From: Anthoceros angustus | Taxonomy: Eukaryota; Plantae; Anthocerotophyta | Length of the DNA stretch: 64,000 bases | Direction: 5' to 3' | Assembly (NCBI GenBank): GCA_010909165.1 | Contig: MU008204.1 | Span: forward strand, 79,810 to 143,809 | Part shown: positions 1-13,399 of the stretch, one piece after another | Layout: every line of letters begins with the position of its first letter | Numbering within the stretch: the first letter of the stretch is position 1 | Notes under the pieces: generated by a model | Database searches by the model: none | What the model was told of the DNA's origin: nothing | What the model saw: only the letters and a program-made list of their open reading frames with translations | Translations under genes and position numbers: made by a program

Positions 1-480
1 ACCTTTCTTGCGGAACGGGATTCCAGACAGATGAACCCATTTGCACCTCAGAAGCAAACTCGACTTGGTCGCCATTAGTGATTTGAACATAAGGTAGCCT
101 ACGGGAACCAGTTGTTGTTGTACCTGTCTACAACCAACAACGATGCCCAATGCAGCAGGATGGTTGGCACAACATCTACAAGTTGCATTCCATAGCCATT
201 CGTCCGTCCAAGCAAAATCTTAACCTGGCACCACCTCGCTGCAATTGCTCAAAATTGATGTCATTCTCAACCAATCTGCCATCTGTCGGGAAGGTGATGG
301 AGTGAGAAAGTGTTCAAAGACGGGGAGCGACACGAGAATTGCAGAAAAAGCCTTCCAACCCGATCCAGGATCTCTCTTCTTATCTTCACCAAAATGGTGC
401 TCCCACCCTGACGTTGGCGACACGCTAGCGCGGGCAGGGAAATCATCAAACTGCTCCCGATTCGGCGAGCGACCGGACAC
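1..480 (-). CDS. Probable exons of an unidentified multi-exon gene running off the left edge
   Basis: Minus-strand open segments are separated by a GT..AG intron of about 95 nt (donor GTTAAG near 224, acceptors near 130). The reading frame is ambiguous and no domain was recognised. Confidence 0.3.
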
Positions 481-790
481 TCTAACAACGAAGGAAGCAG
501 CAGGGCAGGCGAGTCAGAAAAGAGGGGCAAGGAATTGCGGAGCAGGGCAAGAGCCCGGCTCCTGAATCGTGGAGTGAGACACAATCCAGAGAGAGCGCGA
601 GAAAGAATCCATGGCGGAAGAGCGGAAGCTCAAAGATTCCAGGAAGCTGCTGCCGCAGCAGCGCGGCAGAGCAGGCACAGACATAGAGGCGAGGTTCCGG
701 ATCGAAGAAGAGGATCGAAGAAGGCGGAGGGAGCAGACAGATGAGAGAGCGACGAGAAGAAACACCCAGAAGTTCCACGCAATTGTGCAG

Positions 791-842
791 CAGAGGCAGG
801 GGCAGGGGCAGGGGCAGCGGCAGCGGCAGAGGCAGAGGCAGG
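791..842 (+). repeat. GGCAGG/GGCAGC/GGCAGA hexamer microsatellite
   Basis: Directly visible tandem hexamers. Confidence 0.85.
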
Positions 843-1613
843 TGATGAGAGAGGTGCGGGAAACAGGTGTCCGCCACCGGCATTCGCAGCTGCTGACCGC
901 TACGTGATGCGGCAGCGGGAGCTCAGCGGGTGCAGCAAGACGACGAGAGAGTGAGGCACTGCAAATTGGCGCATCCGGCAAGAAGGAGTGACGAGGAGAG
1001 AGAGAATGCTGGAAGCTGGGCTCTGCCGGGGCCGGGGCCAGAACCCGGCACAGCAGCCTAGGCTGGTCTTGGAGGAACAAGAAGGGGAAGCGGGAGGGGA
1101 CGAAGCGGAAGCAGAATGTGGATGGGAAGGATGTGTCTGTAGGCGGCATATCAACACACAGAAAAGCCGCTGGAGCTGCTTCGGGTGGCAGAGCCACAAT
1201 CCTAGGCTGAAAACCAGGTCCCCCCGGTTCTGGGGCCGGCACCGGCCCCGGCTCCGGCGCATGGGCGGGAGCATGCCGGGCAGGAACAGGGGAGAGGAGA
1301 CCGGTCAAGCCTCCAGGCTTCTCATCAAGTTGGCTGCCGAGATGCCACCAGGCAGGAAAGCAGCGGAAGCTTCCCTCTGTCCCAGCCCCAGCAAGGAAAA
1401 AACAGGAAAGGAAGGAAAAAAGAAAATATCAGGGAAGGAAGAAGAGGAAGAAGAAGCAGCCGGGCCCTGCCTGCCGCTGCACGACCGCAGCGGCTGACAG
1501 TTGCCACCTGCGAAAGCAGAACGTTGCTCCTCCGCCTTCCTCCTCCCGCAAAGTTCAAACGGGCCAACGGAAACGCGAGCACGACGAAGCCTGCCCCCTG
1601 CAGCCTGCAGGTT

Positions 1614-1640
1614 CTGCAACCTGCAACCTGCAACCTGCAG
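1614..1640 (+). repeat. CTGCAAC heptamer tandem repeat (about 4 units)
   Basis: ctgcaac-ctgcaac-ctgcaac-ctgcag. Confidence 0.8.
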
Positions 1641-3052
1641 CGGCAGACCAGATCACACCAGCATCGATCATTCATCACACGAAGAGAGAGGGAAGCGAGA
1701 GAAATGGGGCGGACGCGTTCCTCCGTGTAAACTTTACGGAAGCTTGCGTTGGAAGCCGGTGCGTGCGTGCATTGAGCATTGAGAGAGCTTGCTCTCAGAG
1801 AAGTATATCTGATGTGGAGTCCGTCGGCTGGCTGTTCCGGCGATTCGAACCGGTGATTTCAGGTTCCTAGAGTTAACTGGCTTAACCAAGGTATCATGTC
1901 CTGAACGGCTCCCCAGACCGTTGCGCCTTTGCGGGCACCGGCAGCAAGGAGCTCGTCACCCGGGAGGTGGAGCGGGCGGGAGCGTGCGGCGTGCGGGCCG
2001 CGAATCCCAGCGAGGCTGGCTCTAACTGCGTTGCACACATTACGAGATATGTATGAAAATGACATGGGCGACCGGGCGGCCCGTTTTCGAGACACGGGGA
2101 GGGGAGCGGAGCGGAGCGGGAGAGGGAGAGGGAAGAAACGCTACAGTTACAGAGTTTTATGGTTTTATGTAGGGAATTGGGGAGACGAGCGGAATGTAAT
2201 AAGGGCATATTGAAATGGGAGATTTGGGCCCGGGCTACCTCGCGATGTGATCATGGCCGCCCATTTATGACTATGTTAACTGCCGATCGGCGGGGCGGAT
2301 CCGGGGGGATCATTCTCACAGCCCCGCAGTTATGGCTTGCTTATTAGCAGCTGCAGCTAACCTGCCTTGGCGCTCAACCGAATCTTTGTTCTTGGCCAGC
2401 AAACTCGATTCTGTAGGTACTGAAAAGTGTTGTAAAGTTATGTATTGTACGTGGGGATGTGCGGTTAGTGGGTAGGGTAGGGACATGGGAGAAGGGGATG
2501 GAGAAGTATTGAAAAACGGGGAGGAAAGCAAAATGCCTTGTGCCCTCCTGGGTTACTCCAGATCAAAATCCCGCTGTGGGACTTCGATGTAGACTTACAA
2601 ATATTTGTAAAGTCCCCGAATTCACTAAAAAAATGCCTTGTGCCAATCATGCAAGCCAAGGAGGGCGACCGCCCTTCCCAACATGGCGATAAAAGCCCGG
2701 GGCTCGGCAGGCGCGCATGCTGCGCAGCACATGCGGGCTGCACTGCCCTTGTTCTCGCCTCGAGCGTTGCCTGCCCTTTCGCGAGATTCTCACCACGGGC
2801 ACCTCTCCCACCAAGGGCCGTCTGTGGGTTGTGTGTCTGCCATGCACGTTGGTTGGAAAAAGGAGATAAGTGTGGGAGGGGAATAAAATGGTGCAAAGGC
2901 CTCGAGGGGAGGAGCGCTTGCGGCTTGCCCTGTTTGCCCTAACAAGACTCCAGAAAGAAAGAGTTGTTGATCTAATAGGATTGATAGGAAGCAGGCCAAG
3001 GCTGGATGGTGAGGAGTCGAGGTGGGAGAAGGAGGGGTGGCCCATGTGCGCC

Positions 3053-3120
<68 letters not shown>

Positions 3121-3130
3121 CACAGCCAAC
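3053..3130 (+). repeat. (ACAGCA)n hexamer microsatellite, about 12 units
   Basis: Directly visible; it produces the poly-Q, poly-AT, poly-L and poly-C ORFs in the six-frame track. Confidence 0.95.
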
Positions 3131-4520
3131 AGCAGCAGACGCGACCTGCGAGCGGTATTTGCAGGCCAGGCCCACATGTGACATGAATGACATGATGCTG
3201 TTGCAACCACCAGCGGCCTTAACTCTTCTGGTTGACCGTGGTGTTGGGGTCAAACGGTGATGGCATCCACACTTCACCGCACGATGCTGGAGGCTGGATA
3301 TGCAATCGAGTCGTGACCAGGACGCCAGTTGCATGCGACTGGTGCCCACTTCCCGCTGCCTGCACATCACCTATATTTTGCATTTCCATGCATCCGGGCT
3401 TGTGGGCTCCTTGCGAGCTCCGACGTGCCTGTTTGGATATACACAGCCAAATTTGGGTCGGCGCCCACCTTCTGTCTCCAACCTCCATGTGAAATCCTGC
3501 AACCCGGCCCACTCCATCCCGGCCTGCCTTGCCCTGCCCTGCCCTTCCCTGCCCTGCCTGCCTGTTGCCGGGCTGCCCTGCACTGCACTGCACTCCAGTC
3601 TCTGCGCCACCTGGCTTCCTGTCCGCAGCATTATTCAATCGGCCTCGGCAAAGCTTCCCGTCCTCGGGAACCCACAACCATGTGTTGGGTTCTGTGTGAC
3701 CCACGCCGGGACACACGGCAGGGTGTGTCAAGATTCAAAACAACGTCTCACCTGTAAGAAAAACAAGGAAGGAGAAGCAGATTACAGCCTGACCTCACGG
3801 CCATGTCGAGACTTGTCCGTTTGGAGACGTGAGTCATGTCGTCATCCTCACCGGATTACATCACACAGCTGTGCGAGAGGGCCCCCTGCGCACGGTCACA
3901 CGACCCCACCACACCTCTGCTGGTCAAAGGCTGGGTGCGCTGGCGTCCCTTCGCTTGCCAGGCCTGGAAATGGACAAAAGCGGATGCCGATGTGCAGCCT
4001 GCAGCACATACTTTACATAAACTAGCATAGACTGGGCCTCGACAGAGCTGGCGAGAGGGGCCGAACCTGGAACATCTTCTCCTCTCTCACCCAGGACCCT
4101 CCAGCCTCCACCACACGCTCTGCATGATGTTGCGCACGCATCCATTCTGTGCCTTGCCACCGCTTTAACATGCATACCACTTGTACTTGCTGGCCGAAAG
4201 GCTGGGCCAAGGCCCAAGGGACAGCACCGGGTCAGACATCAGCATTAGAATGCCTTTAGTTTTTTCTCTCTGTCTTCCGGAGCATCTGCAATGTGGTGCG
4301 TGGTCAAATGTCCATTGGATCACGCTACGAATAATGAGCCACATTCGCTCACCTCCCCGAACAACCCTCACATGGATGGAGACGGGGATGTGGATAATTC
4401 TGTGCCCTCCTTAAATGGCAGGAGGCTACAATTACAGGCCATCTCTGAAGGTGCCACCTGTGGTGTTTCTGAATGATAGGTACAATGACGTCTATCTTAC
4501 AGGTGAGTCGCGGATGGGGA

Positions 4521-7500
4521 CTAGAGCTTGCTCTCGAACTTGTCCAGGTTCTTAATTCTCCGCAATCCATTCAGTATAAACGCGGCGAACACACCTGGAA
4601 AGTAGAAGAGAGGACGTCATCGCTATGCTGGATACACTCCGTCCCCCGAGCCAGAATGAGACAGGCAAGTATCGAGGGTGACATGACACGTACCTGCTCC
4701 ATGGAAGGAAACGTTTGCATAGACAGGGAAGCCTTGAGTGAGAAGTGTTACTCCCACATTCACCAGGCTTGCAGCAGCCACAGTCTGTAACGTGGCCATT
4801 TGGAGAATTGAAGCCCGTCGTGCTGCCCTTTCGGCCTGCACTTGCCACACCCCAAATTATTCACCCACACCGGCAGTCAACAGATGCGAAGCATCGAAAG
4901 GGACAGCTGAGGAATTCCATGCCTCCAGGACGCGGACACGAAGTTTCACATCTCCCATCTCCAGCTGTCTGACAAAGTCTTCTATGCGCTGTACTCGTAT
5001 GGGCATACTGACAGCCGCATCCCTTGCCTACAACAGATGCCAATACCACATGAATCCTCCTTCACAACAGCTATCATATTTATTTCAGCCGATACAAAGA
5101 AGACAGGAGGCTCAAGGAGATTACATCATTAGCTTGGCGCTGTAGCTCCTGTACAACGTACTGAGGACTTCTCTGGGCGTCCCGTACATCAAGAAGCTCC
5201 TGCTCAATTGGGAGACAACGAGTGAACAGCAGCTCACCCAATGAAATACATTCGAGCAACCACAACGGACGTACCGAGAGAAGATGGCAGAGGAGCAGAC
5301 CTGTGCATAAGGAGCCGCGACTTTTGCGAAAGAAAAATCTGGATTGAGAATGTAGCTGATTCCTGCGACAGAAAACACGCCTGTCAGAGTCACTCCTCCC
5401 GACCATGTCCACAACCATCGGCGAGACCAGCAAGAAGCAGATCGAAGAAGACCTTCAAGCGTTGAGAAAGCACGTAGGACAAATGTAAACGTTGCTGGAA
5501 AGCGGAAAGGTTGGTCCAGGGCAATCGCAAACAAATCCTGCAGCGAGCAAATCCAGATTAAGGTTTCAGAGCAAGATATGCCTCAAATCGCATTGCACCA
5601 ATTTGTTAGCCACGGACAACTCGTGAAACCGTGAATGCAGGTGCATTTGCATAGCATCAGCAGGAGGAGTATGTCTTACTTCGCCGATGGCTGAGAACGT
5701 TGTGGCTTCATCTGGCCTCTGATCCATGAGGTTGTCCAGAAAGAACTGTACAGTTTTCCTAACCTGGAAGAACTACCAGCCTTAGTGCGCAAGGACAATG
5801 CCTCCAAGATTGGCAAACATCCCACACACCAAACACACATTGCAACTTACCGAGGCAAGGTCACCTGTTGGTACCAAAGCCCCCAAGTCTATAAGCGCTT
5901 TGATAACCTGAAAATGTTCAGAATCAAATTCTGAGTTGCAAACTAGGATTACTCCCTTTAAAAACACTTAAAATCTCTCATCCCAGATCAAGGTGTCTGG
6001 CCGAAACAAGTCTGGTGTTCACACCAACCTTCTTTGCATCCTTCTCGTACACAGCGTAAAACATTTCAAGAAGTTTCTCTCTTGTGAATGATTTGATTTC
6101 ACCCATCATTCCGAAGTCATAATAAATGAGCGAGCCATCTTTGTCGACAGCCAGGTTTCCTGGATGTGGATCAGCATGAAAAAATCCTGTTTTTAGAATC
6201 TGCACCAGTGATTCCTATGTCAGTGGTGACCTCATAACTCATACAACGACCAAACCAGGAATGGCCCAAAACTTGCTACCGTCTACCTGCCAAGTTGCTC
6301 TCAGTTAGAAATGCCAACTTGAGTGAACGGTTTCTCACCTGAATTAAATAAGCCTCAATAGCTAGACTTGCGATTAGATTGCGATCGAGTTGCCCCATAT
6401 CAAGCCGGTCGACTTCATTGATCTTAATTCCTGATTACGCACAAGGATATGTCACCGTTCTTGAACCCCTATTGAGGCAAAACATGAAACATGTAAAGAA
6501 CAGATTCAAGGCTCACCTGGAAGATATTCCAGTGTCAGCACCTTTCGAGAGACATAATCCCAGTAGATTTTCTGCAGAGGGATGAAGTATAGTATGAATA
6601 AACCTGCAACATGTGGGACTTTCAATATGCAAATACAAATCGAGAGGCAGTTGCTGGGATTTACCGGCACACGAACCCACTTCCTGTTCCTGAAGTCTCT
6701 TCTGAACCTATCAGCATTCCGTCCTTCATTGATGTAGTCTATCTCTTGATACAAAATTCTGCACGTTGGACAGTTGTGAGTCCATGTTCTCTTGACAAAT
6801 CAGGACAAAGACAACTCCACCCCATAACAAATATTGAAGCACTGTGAACGTACGTCGCACACTCTTCATAAATGCCAACCCAGTCTCTTGAAGGGCCCCC
6901 AAGTGTCTCACTGCGCTGAAAGTATTCTGCAATGATCTTCATGTTGCCTGCATGATTTGAAAACGTGTTCTCAGTGAACATTGTGGGCAAGCAAGGCCGA
7001 GACTAAGAACAGGACAGAACCGAAAGCACGGTCAGTACTTAGATCAATATCGAACAGCTCTTTCAACCCCGGTCTCTGAACTTTCACCACAACACGCTCT
7101 CCATTAGGTAGTAGAGCCCTGTGCACCTGGCATGACGACCAGTATCATGCCGTCAGAATTACATGAAGAAGCGGCACCTGAAGCATACAGCCTTCACTAC
7201 AGAGGAGGCAATTAGAAAAGTGTCAAATGGCACCTGTCCAAGACTGGCAGCGGCTATAGGCCTCCTTTCAAAGTCAGCAAACAACTCGTTCATAGGTTGT
7301 CCAAGCTCCTTCTCAATCAAAGCAATAGATTTTTCTGCGGTGAATGCAGGAACACGGTCCTGTGAGGCACCCACAGCAATGTGTAAAACTTCTTGGAGCA
7401 CAAAATAATGGCAGACACAAAAAGATACAAACCCAAGTCCAATCACACGCAGTAGCTTAGAGAAGGAGCCAAACAGAAGGACATTCTCAAACCTGAAGCT

Positions 7501-8684
7501 TTGCAAGTTCCTCCACATACTCTGCTGGGAACAGATCAGAGCGTGTCGATGACAGCTGCCCAAGTTTTATAAATGTAGGACCTAGCTGCAAAATGGTCTC
7601 TCGGACCCATTCGGCAGTGCGTCTCCTCCGTGCTTTCTGAAAATGCATACGCAGGTCAAGGTGATGAGTAAGCCAACGGAACGAGGGCCGTTCACATTCT
7701 CTGTCCGAAGAAGCATTTGCGTTTTGCTAACAGGTCATCTTCATTGCCGCCAGCTTCTAGACCTGCAGTAAACCAACCTGCTTTTCCTCGCTGAACCCAC
7801 CAACGTAGGACCACTTTGCATCGATGAAAAACAACCGACTTCTGAGAGTGAGAACAAAGCTCCACACATCAATCGACCTTTGGGCACTGCTGTAGTTATC
7901 CTTAGCCCAGCTAAAACCTTCATCTGATGGTAAGACCTTCAACTCATTTTCATCCCACTCTTCCACTGTCAGTGGCAGTGGCCGTAGTTTGCTACCAAGT
8001 CCATCCCTGGGCGCAACTATTGCACCAGACCCACCGTTGCCTACTCCGCCACCAATATTTGCGGTACTATTTCCCTCAACCTTGTCAGTCCGATTGCGTA
8101 ACCATTTTAGGGAGTTGCTTGTGCCTGATGCAAATCCGTTCTTTTGCACCACTATAGCCGCAGAGGCACCACTTCCACCACTTCTGACCACCACCTTCCC
8201 TGGAACAGTCAACAAACACGGCTTGCCCGTTGAGATAACAAGAGATGAGGTTAAAGAGTGCAGACTACGAGAGGCTAGGATAGGGAGTGTACGAAGTTAT
8301 GCCGACTTGTAGGGAAAAAGCTCCCGCGGACGTACACAAGAAGGGCTTACCGTTGGCGTTGGCGGGTGCAGAGCTGGAAACATTCCCTTTCTGTGCTTCT
8401 TCGATCGGAACCATGCTCGTGCTAAATCCACCGATGCTGTTCCTTCTACTAGGTCCCTTCCATTGCTGGAAGAAGCAGATGATGCCGCATTTCTTGCTGA
8501 GCCATCCTGCTTCTCGTCCTCGAATGGTAGGCATCCCTTGCCTTACTCTGCCAACCTCTATAATCCCAGAAATCTTCCCACCGTGAAGAAATTCACTGTT
8601 GAATCGTGAAATTTGGTGATTCTTACACCCGTCTATCATGTCAGGCCGCGAGCATTGCACAAGATAAGCTGCAGGAGGTGCCAT
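4521..8684 (-). CDS. ABC1K7: Plastid ABC1 atypical kinase, ABC1K7/SIA1 type, about 18 exons
   Basis: Exons translate to [132 protein letters not shown] and LDKFESKL*. Splice phases are consistent. ATG at 8684, TAG at 4521-4523. Confidence 0.95.
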
Positions 8685-10224
8685 TGCCGAAGAAAATATC
8701 AAGCAGACGGCCAGCTGGTTCTGCGGATCACACTTCAAGGGCACCTGTACCCAACAAATCAACCAACATCTCCTGTCAGATTGATCAGCAAAGGTCATCT
8801 GAATTGCTCCACTGCCCAGGGAATTAACCACTGTCGGCTTCCCAATCATATATATGACTAAGGACAGGCCGAACAACTCACCGAGAAGGTGCACAAATTC
8901 CTGGTCCCTTCTGCACTGCGTCTCCTCCGTGCTTTCTGAAAATGCATACGCAGGTCAAGGTGATGAGTAAGCCAACGGAACGAGGGCCGTTCACATTCTC
9001 TGTCCGAAGAAGCATTTGCGTTTTGCTAACAGGTCATCTTCATTGCCGCCAGCTTCTAGACCTGCAGTAAACCAACCTGCTTTTCCTCGCTGAACCCACC
9101 AACGTAGGACCACTTTGCATCGATGAAAAACAACCGACTTCTGAGAGTGAGAACAAAGCTCCACACATCAATCGACCTTTGGGCACTGCTGTAGTTATCC
9201 TTAGCCCAGCTAAAACCTTCATCTGATGGTAAGACCTTCAACTCATTTTCATCCCACTCTTCCACTGTCAGTGGCAGTGGCCGTAGTTTGCTACCAAGTC
9301 CATCCCTGGGCGCAACTATTGCACCAGACCCACCGTTGCCTACTCCGCCACCAATATTTGCGGTACTATTTCCCTCAACCTTGTCAGTCCCGATTGCGTA
9401 ACCATTTTTAGGGGAGTTGCTTGTGCCTGATGCAAATCCGTTCTTTTGCACCACTATAGCCGCAGAGGCACCACTTCCACCACTTCTGACCACCACCTTC
9501 CCTGGAACAGTCAACAAACACGGCTTGCCCGTTGAGATAACAAGAGATGAGGTTAAAGAGTGCAGACTACGAGAGGCTAGGATAGGGAGTGTACGAAGTT
9601 ATGCCGACTTGTAGGGAAAAAGCTCCCGCGGACGTACACAAGAAGGGCTTACCGTTGGCGTTGGCGGGTGCAGAGCTGGAAACATTCCCTTTCTGTGCTT
9701 CTTCGATCGGAACCATGCTCGTGCTAAATCCACCGATGCTGTTCCTTCTACTAGGTCCCTTCCCATTGCTGGAAGAAGCAGATGATGCCGCATTTCTTGC
9801 TGAGCCATCCCTGCTTCTCGTCCTCGAATGGTAGGCATCCCCTTGCCTTACTCTGCCAACCTCTATAATCCCAGAAATCTTCCCACCGTGAAGAAATTCA
9901 CTGTTGAATCGTGAAATTTGGTGATTCTTACACCCGTCTATCATGTCAGGCCGCGAGCATTGCACAAGATAAGCTGCAGGAGGTGCCATTGCCGAAGAAA
10001 ATATCAAGCAGACGGCCAGCTGGTTCTGCGGATCACACTTCAAGGGCACCTGTACCCAACAAATCAACCAACATCTCCCTGTCAGATTGATCAGCAAAGG
10101 TCATCTGAATTGCTCCACTGCCCAGGGAATTAACCACTGTCGGCTTCCCAATCATATATATGACTAAGGACAGGCCGAACAACTCACCGAGAAGGTGCAC
10201 AAATTCCTGGTCCCTTCTGCACTG
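7618..10224. repeat. Tandem duplication 1 (about 1.3-kb unit: 7618-8916 and 8917-10224) covering the ABC1K7 5' end
   Basis: Near-identical copies. The junction at ~8917 joins upstream ...CTTCTGCACTG to exon-3 CGTCTCCTCC through TG microhomology (CACTG vs CAGTG). Confidence 0.9.
8858..9989 (-). pseudogene. Truncated 5' copy of ABC1K7 (exons 1, 2 and the start of exon 3)
   Basis: MAPPAA... through GGFSEEKQ, then KARRRR-SAEGTRNLCTFSVSCSACP* across the duplication junction. Confidence 0.8.
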
Positions 10225-13200
10225 AACGTGTCACGGAAAGTGAGATATGATTTCCTGACAGCTCGCCATTCACCGGTTACAAGGAGAGTTGGAGCAACAA
10301 GGAATTGGCGCGCGGCGGGTGCCGTCGATGGCCGCCGTTCAAGCTTGACAGTCACGTGACAGTTTCGACACTCATGCTCTCGTGCAACAGTGGTGAAGCA
10401 TCAGTCCAACGGTGGTGGAGAGCAAATTTAGCACACAATCGACGTGGGAAAGAGCGAGCTGCGCGAATACGGCACGCAAGCCACAGAATCGCCTCGCCAT
10501 TTCCACCACTCATCTTCGCGATACCCCTTCTTAGCACCCCACGTCCGTGGCGAAGGTAAATCAAACTTCGACCTTCAAGTCGACTCAATTTATTTGATTA
10601 TGGACACAATGCTCCAGGGCTGGTAAGGCTGGTTTTGGTCGGGATCACACACACGCCACTCGGAGCTACTTTGTTTAGCTAAACCACATATGCTCCACGG
10701 GTTTGTTTACCGCTACAGCAGCTACAAAACCTCCTCCTTCACATTCCCAGCAGGCCTACCATAATAGATTAATCACCTACAATAGTATATATCTCACCTA
10801 TATTGGTAGGTCTCTTACCTATGATGGTAGGTAAGCCCCCTACCGATATAGACACCCTTTTCCTCATCCTTTCGGAGTGAGCTCTCCTTCTACAGGGGCT
10901 CTCCCAGCTCCGCTTGCTCTTCCTTGTTGTGTTGCCTCCTCATCCTTTGTTTCCTCGGAGTCCATGTCACTGGTGGCCTCATTGAAGTCTAAGGCCCCTA
11001 ACTTGATTTCATAAAGGCCTCCCTGCCATCATCATGTGGCCTAGCGTTCTCCTCCTGGCAAGATGCAGTAGCTCATTGTTCGCCTTAAGTATCTTGTTGT
11101 GAAGATGGGCCACTAGGCATTGATGTGCCAACTCCACTTCGTCATGATCCTCTGGACACACTCCTTGTTCGCACTTGCTCTTGTAGGCATTTCGCTCCGG
11201 GGTCGGCTCTCCCACCCTCACATGGAGAGCTGTGTTTTCCACTCTCATTTCGTAGTTGGTGGATCAACTTCGCCTGTAGAGCATAATCAGCTCGAAACCA
11301 TTTCTTCCTCACCACCAACATTCGATGCATGGCTGCCTTGTGGCGGTCCTCCGCTTCCGCTCTCTTCTTCTCCAACTCCGCTAACTTCTCTAGGAGGCCT
11401 TCATCCTCCTGCTGCCGAGCCTCCTGCTCCATCTCCAATCCATAGATCAAATGTGCCTGTTCCTCCATCTCAGCCTCTTTTGCCTCCAAACTCAGGCGGG
11501 TTTCTCCTATCTCCCTTTCCAAGTCACAGATTCTCACAGGTTGGGTTGCCATGACTTTCTCATGCACCTCAACGCGCTCTTGTGCCATCCTTGCCCGCTG
11601 TTGGGCCTTCTCTTGGCGTCTTCCCTTTGTTCACCAGCAGCATGATTAACCCCCGCCTCTTCCCACCGTGAAGAAATTCACTGTTGAATCGTGAAATTTG
11701 GTGATTCTTACACCGTCTATCATGTCAGGCCGCGAGCATTGCACAAGATAAGCTGCAGGAGGTGCCATTGCCGAAGAAAATATCAAGCAGACGGCCAGCT
11801 GGTTCTGCGGATCACACTCAAGGGCACCTGTACCCAACAAATCAACCAACATCTCCTGTCAGATTGATCAGCAAAGGTCATCTGAATTGCTCCACTGCCC
11901 AGGGAATTAACCACTGTCGGCTTCCCAATCATATATATGACTAAGGACAGGCCGAACAACTCACCGAGAAGGTGCACAAATTCCTGGTCCCTTCTGCACT
12001 GAACGTGTCACGGAAAGTGAGATATGATTTCCTGACAGCTCGCCATTCACCGGTTACAAGGAGAGTTGGAGCAACAAGGAATTGGCGCGCGGCGGGTGCC
12101 GTCGATAGCGCCGTTCAAGCTTGACAGTCACGTGACAGTTTCGACACTCATGCTCTCGTGCAACAGTGGTGAAGCATCAGTCCAACGGTGGTGGAGAGCA
12201 AATTTAGCACACAATCGACGTGGGAAAGAGCGAGCTGCGCGAATACGGCACGCAAGCCACAGAATCGCCTCGCCATTTCCACCACTCATCTTCGCGATAC
12301 CCCTTCTTAGCACCCCACGTCCGTGGCGAAGGTAAATCAAACTTCGACCTTCAAGTCGACTCAATTTATTTGATTATGGACACAATGCTCCAGGGCTGGT
12401 AAGGCTGGTTTTGGTCGGGATCACACACGCCACTCGGAGCTACTTTGTTTAGCTAAACCACATATGCTCCACGGGTTTGTTTACCGCTACAGCAGCTACA
12501 AAACCTCCTCCTTCACATCTCAGCAGGCCTACCATAATAGATTAATCACCTACAATAGTATATATCTCACCTATATTGGTAGGTCTCTTACCTATGATGG
12601 TAGGTAAGCCCCCACCGATATAGACACCCTTTCCTCATCCTTCTGAGTGAGCTCTCCTTCTACAGGGCTCCCGCCTCCGCTTGCTCTTCCTTGTTGTGTT
12701 GCCTCCTCATCCTTTGTTTCCTGAGTCCATGTCACCGGTGGCCTCATTGAAGTCTAAGGCCCCTAACTTGATTTCATAAAGGCCTCCGCCATCATCATGT
12801 GGCCTAGCGCCTCCTCCGGCAAGATGATTGTTCGCCTTAAGTATCTTGTTGTGAAGATGGGCCACTACATTGATGTGCCAACTCCACTTCTGCCATGATC
12901 CTCGACACTCCTTGTTCGCACTTGCTCTTGTAGGCATTTCGCTCGGCCGGCTCTCCCCACCTCACATGGAGGCTGTTTTCCACTCTCATTTCGTAGTTGG
13001 TGGATCAATCTCGGTAGAGCATAATCAGCCCGAAACCATTTCTTCCTCACCACCAACATTCGATGCATGGCTGCCTTGTGGCGGTCCTCCGCTCGCCTCT
13101 TCTTCTCCAACTCCGCTTAACTTCTCTAGGAGGCCTTCATCCTCCTCACGAGCCTCCCGCCTCCATCTCCAATCCATAGATCAAATGTGCCTGTTCCTCC

Positions 13201-13399
13201 ATCTCAGCCTCTTTTGCCTCCAAACTCAGGCGGGTTTCTCCTATCTCCCTTTCCAAGTCACAGATTCTCACAGGTTGGGTTGCCATGACTTTCTCATGCA
13301 CCTCAACGCGCTCTTGTGCCATCCTTGCCCGCTGTTGGGCCTTCTCTTGGCGTCTTCCCTTTGTTCACCAGCAACGCATGATTAACCCCTGCCCTCTTC
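9878..13399. repeat. Tandem duplication 2 (about 1.78-kb unit: 9878-11657 and 11658-13399)
   Basis: Near-identical copies containing the ABC1K7 ATG exon start, promoter and a TE-derived ORF end. Junction microhomology TCTTC at 11658-11662. Confidence 0.9.
10351..10448. promoter_or_regulatory. G-box palindrome (GTCACGTGAC) and ABRE-like ACGTGG upstream of ABC1K7; duplicated near 12127
   Basis: Motifs seen at 10351-10360 and ~10442-10447. Function is inferred only from position. Confidence 0.4.

Noticed and set aside
482-1782. Overlapping 100-260 aa ORFs on both strands
   Set aside because: Low-complexity GA/CT-rich sequence typical of UTR or promoter DNA; no recognisable domain.
2647-3370. 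Poly-Q, poly-AT, poly-L and poly-C ORFs
   Set aside because: All arise from one (ACAGCA)n microsatellite that is open in several frames; there is no domain or splice support.
3219-4480. Possible gene between the microsatellite and the ABC1K7 3' end
   Set aside because: One acceptor-like site at ~3752, but no coherent exon chain or domain.
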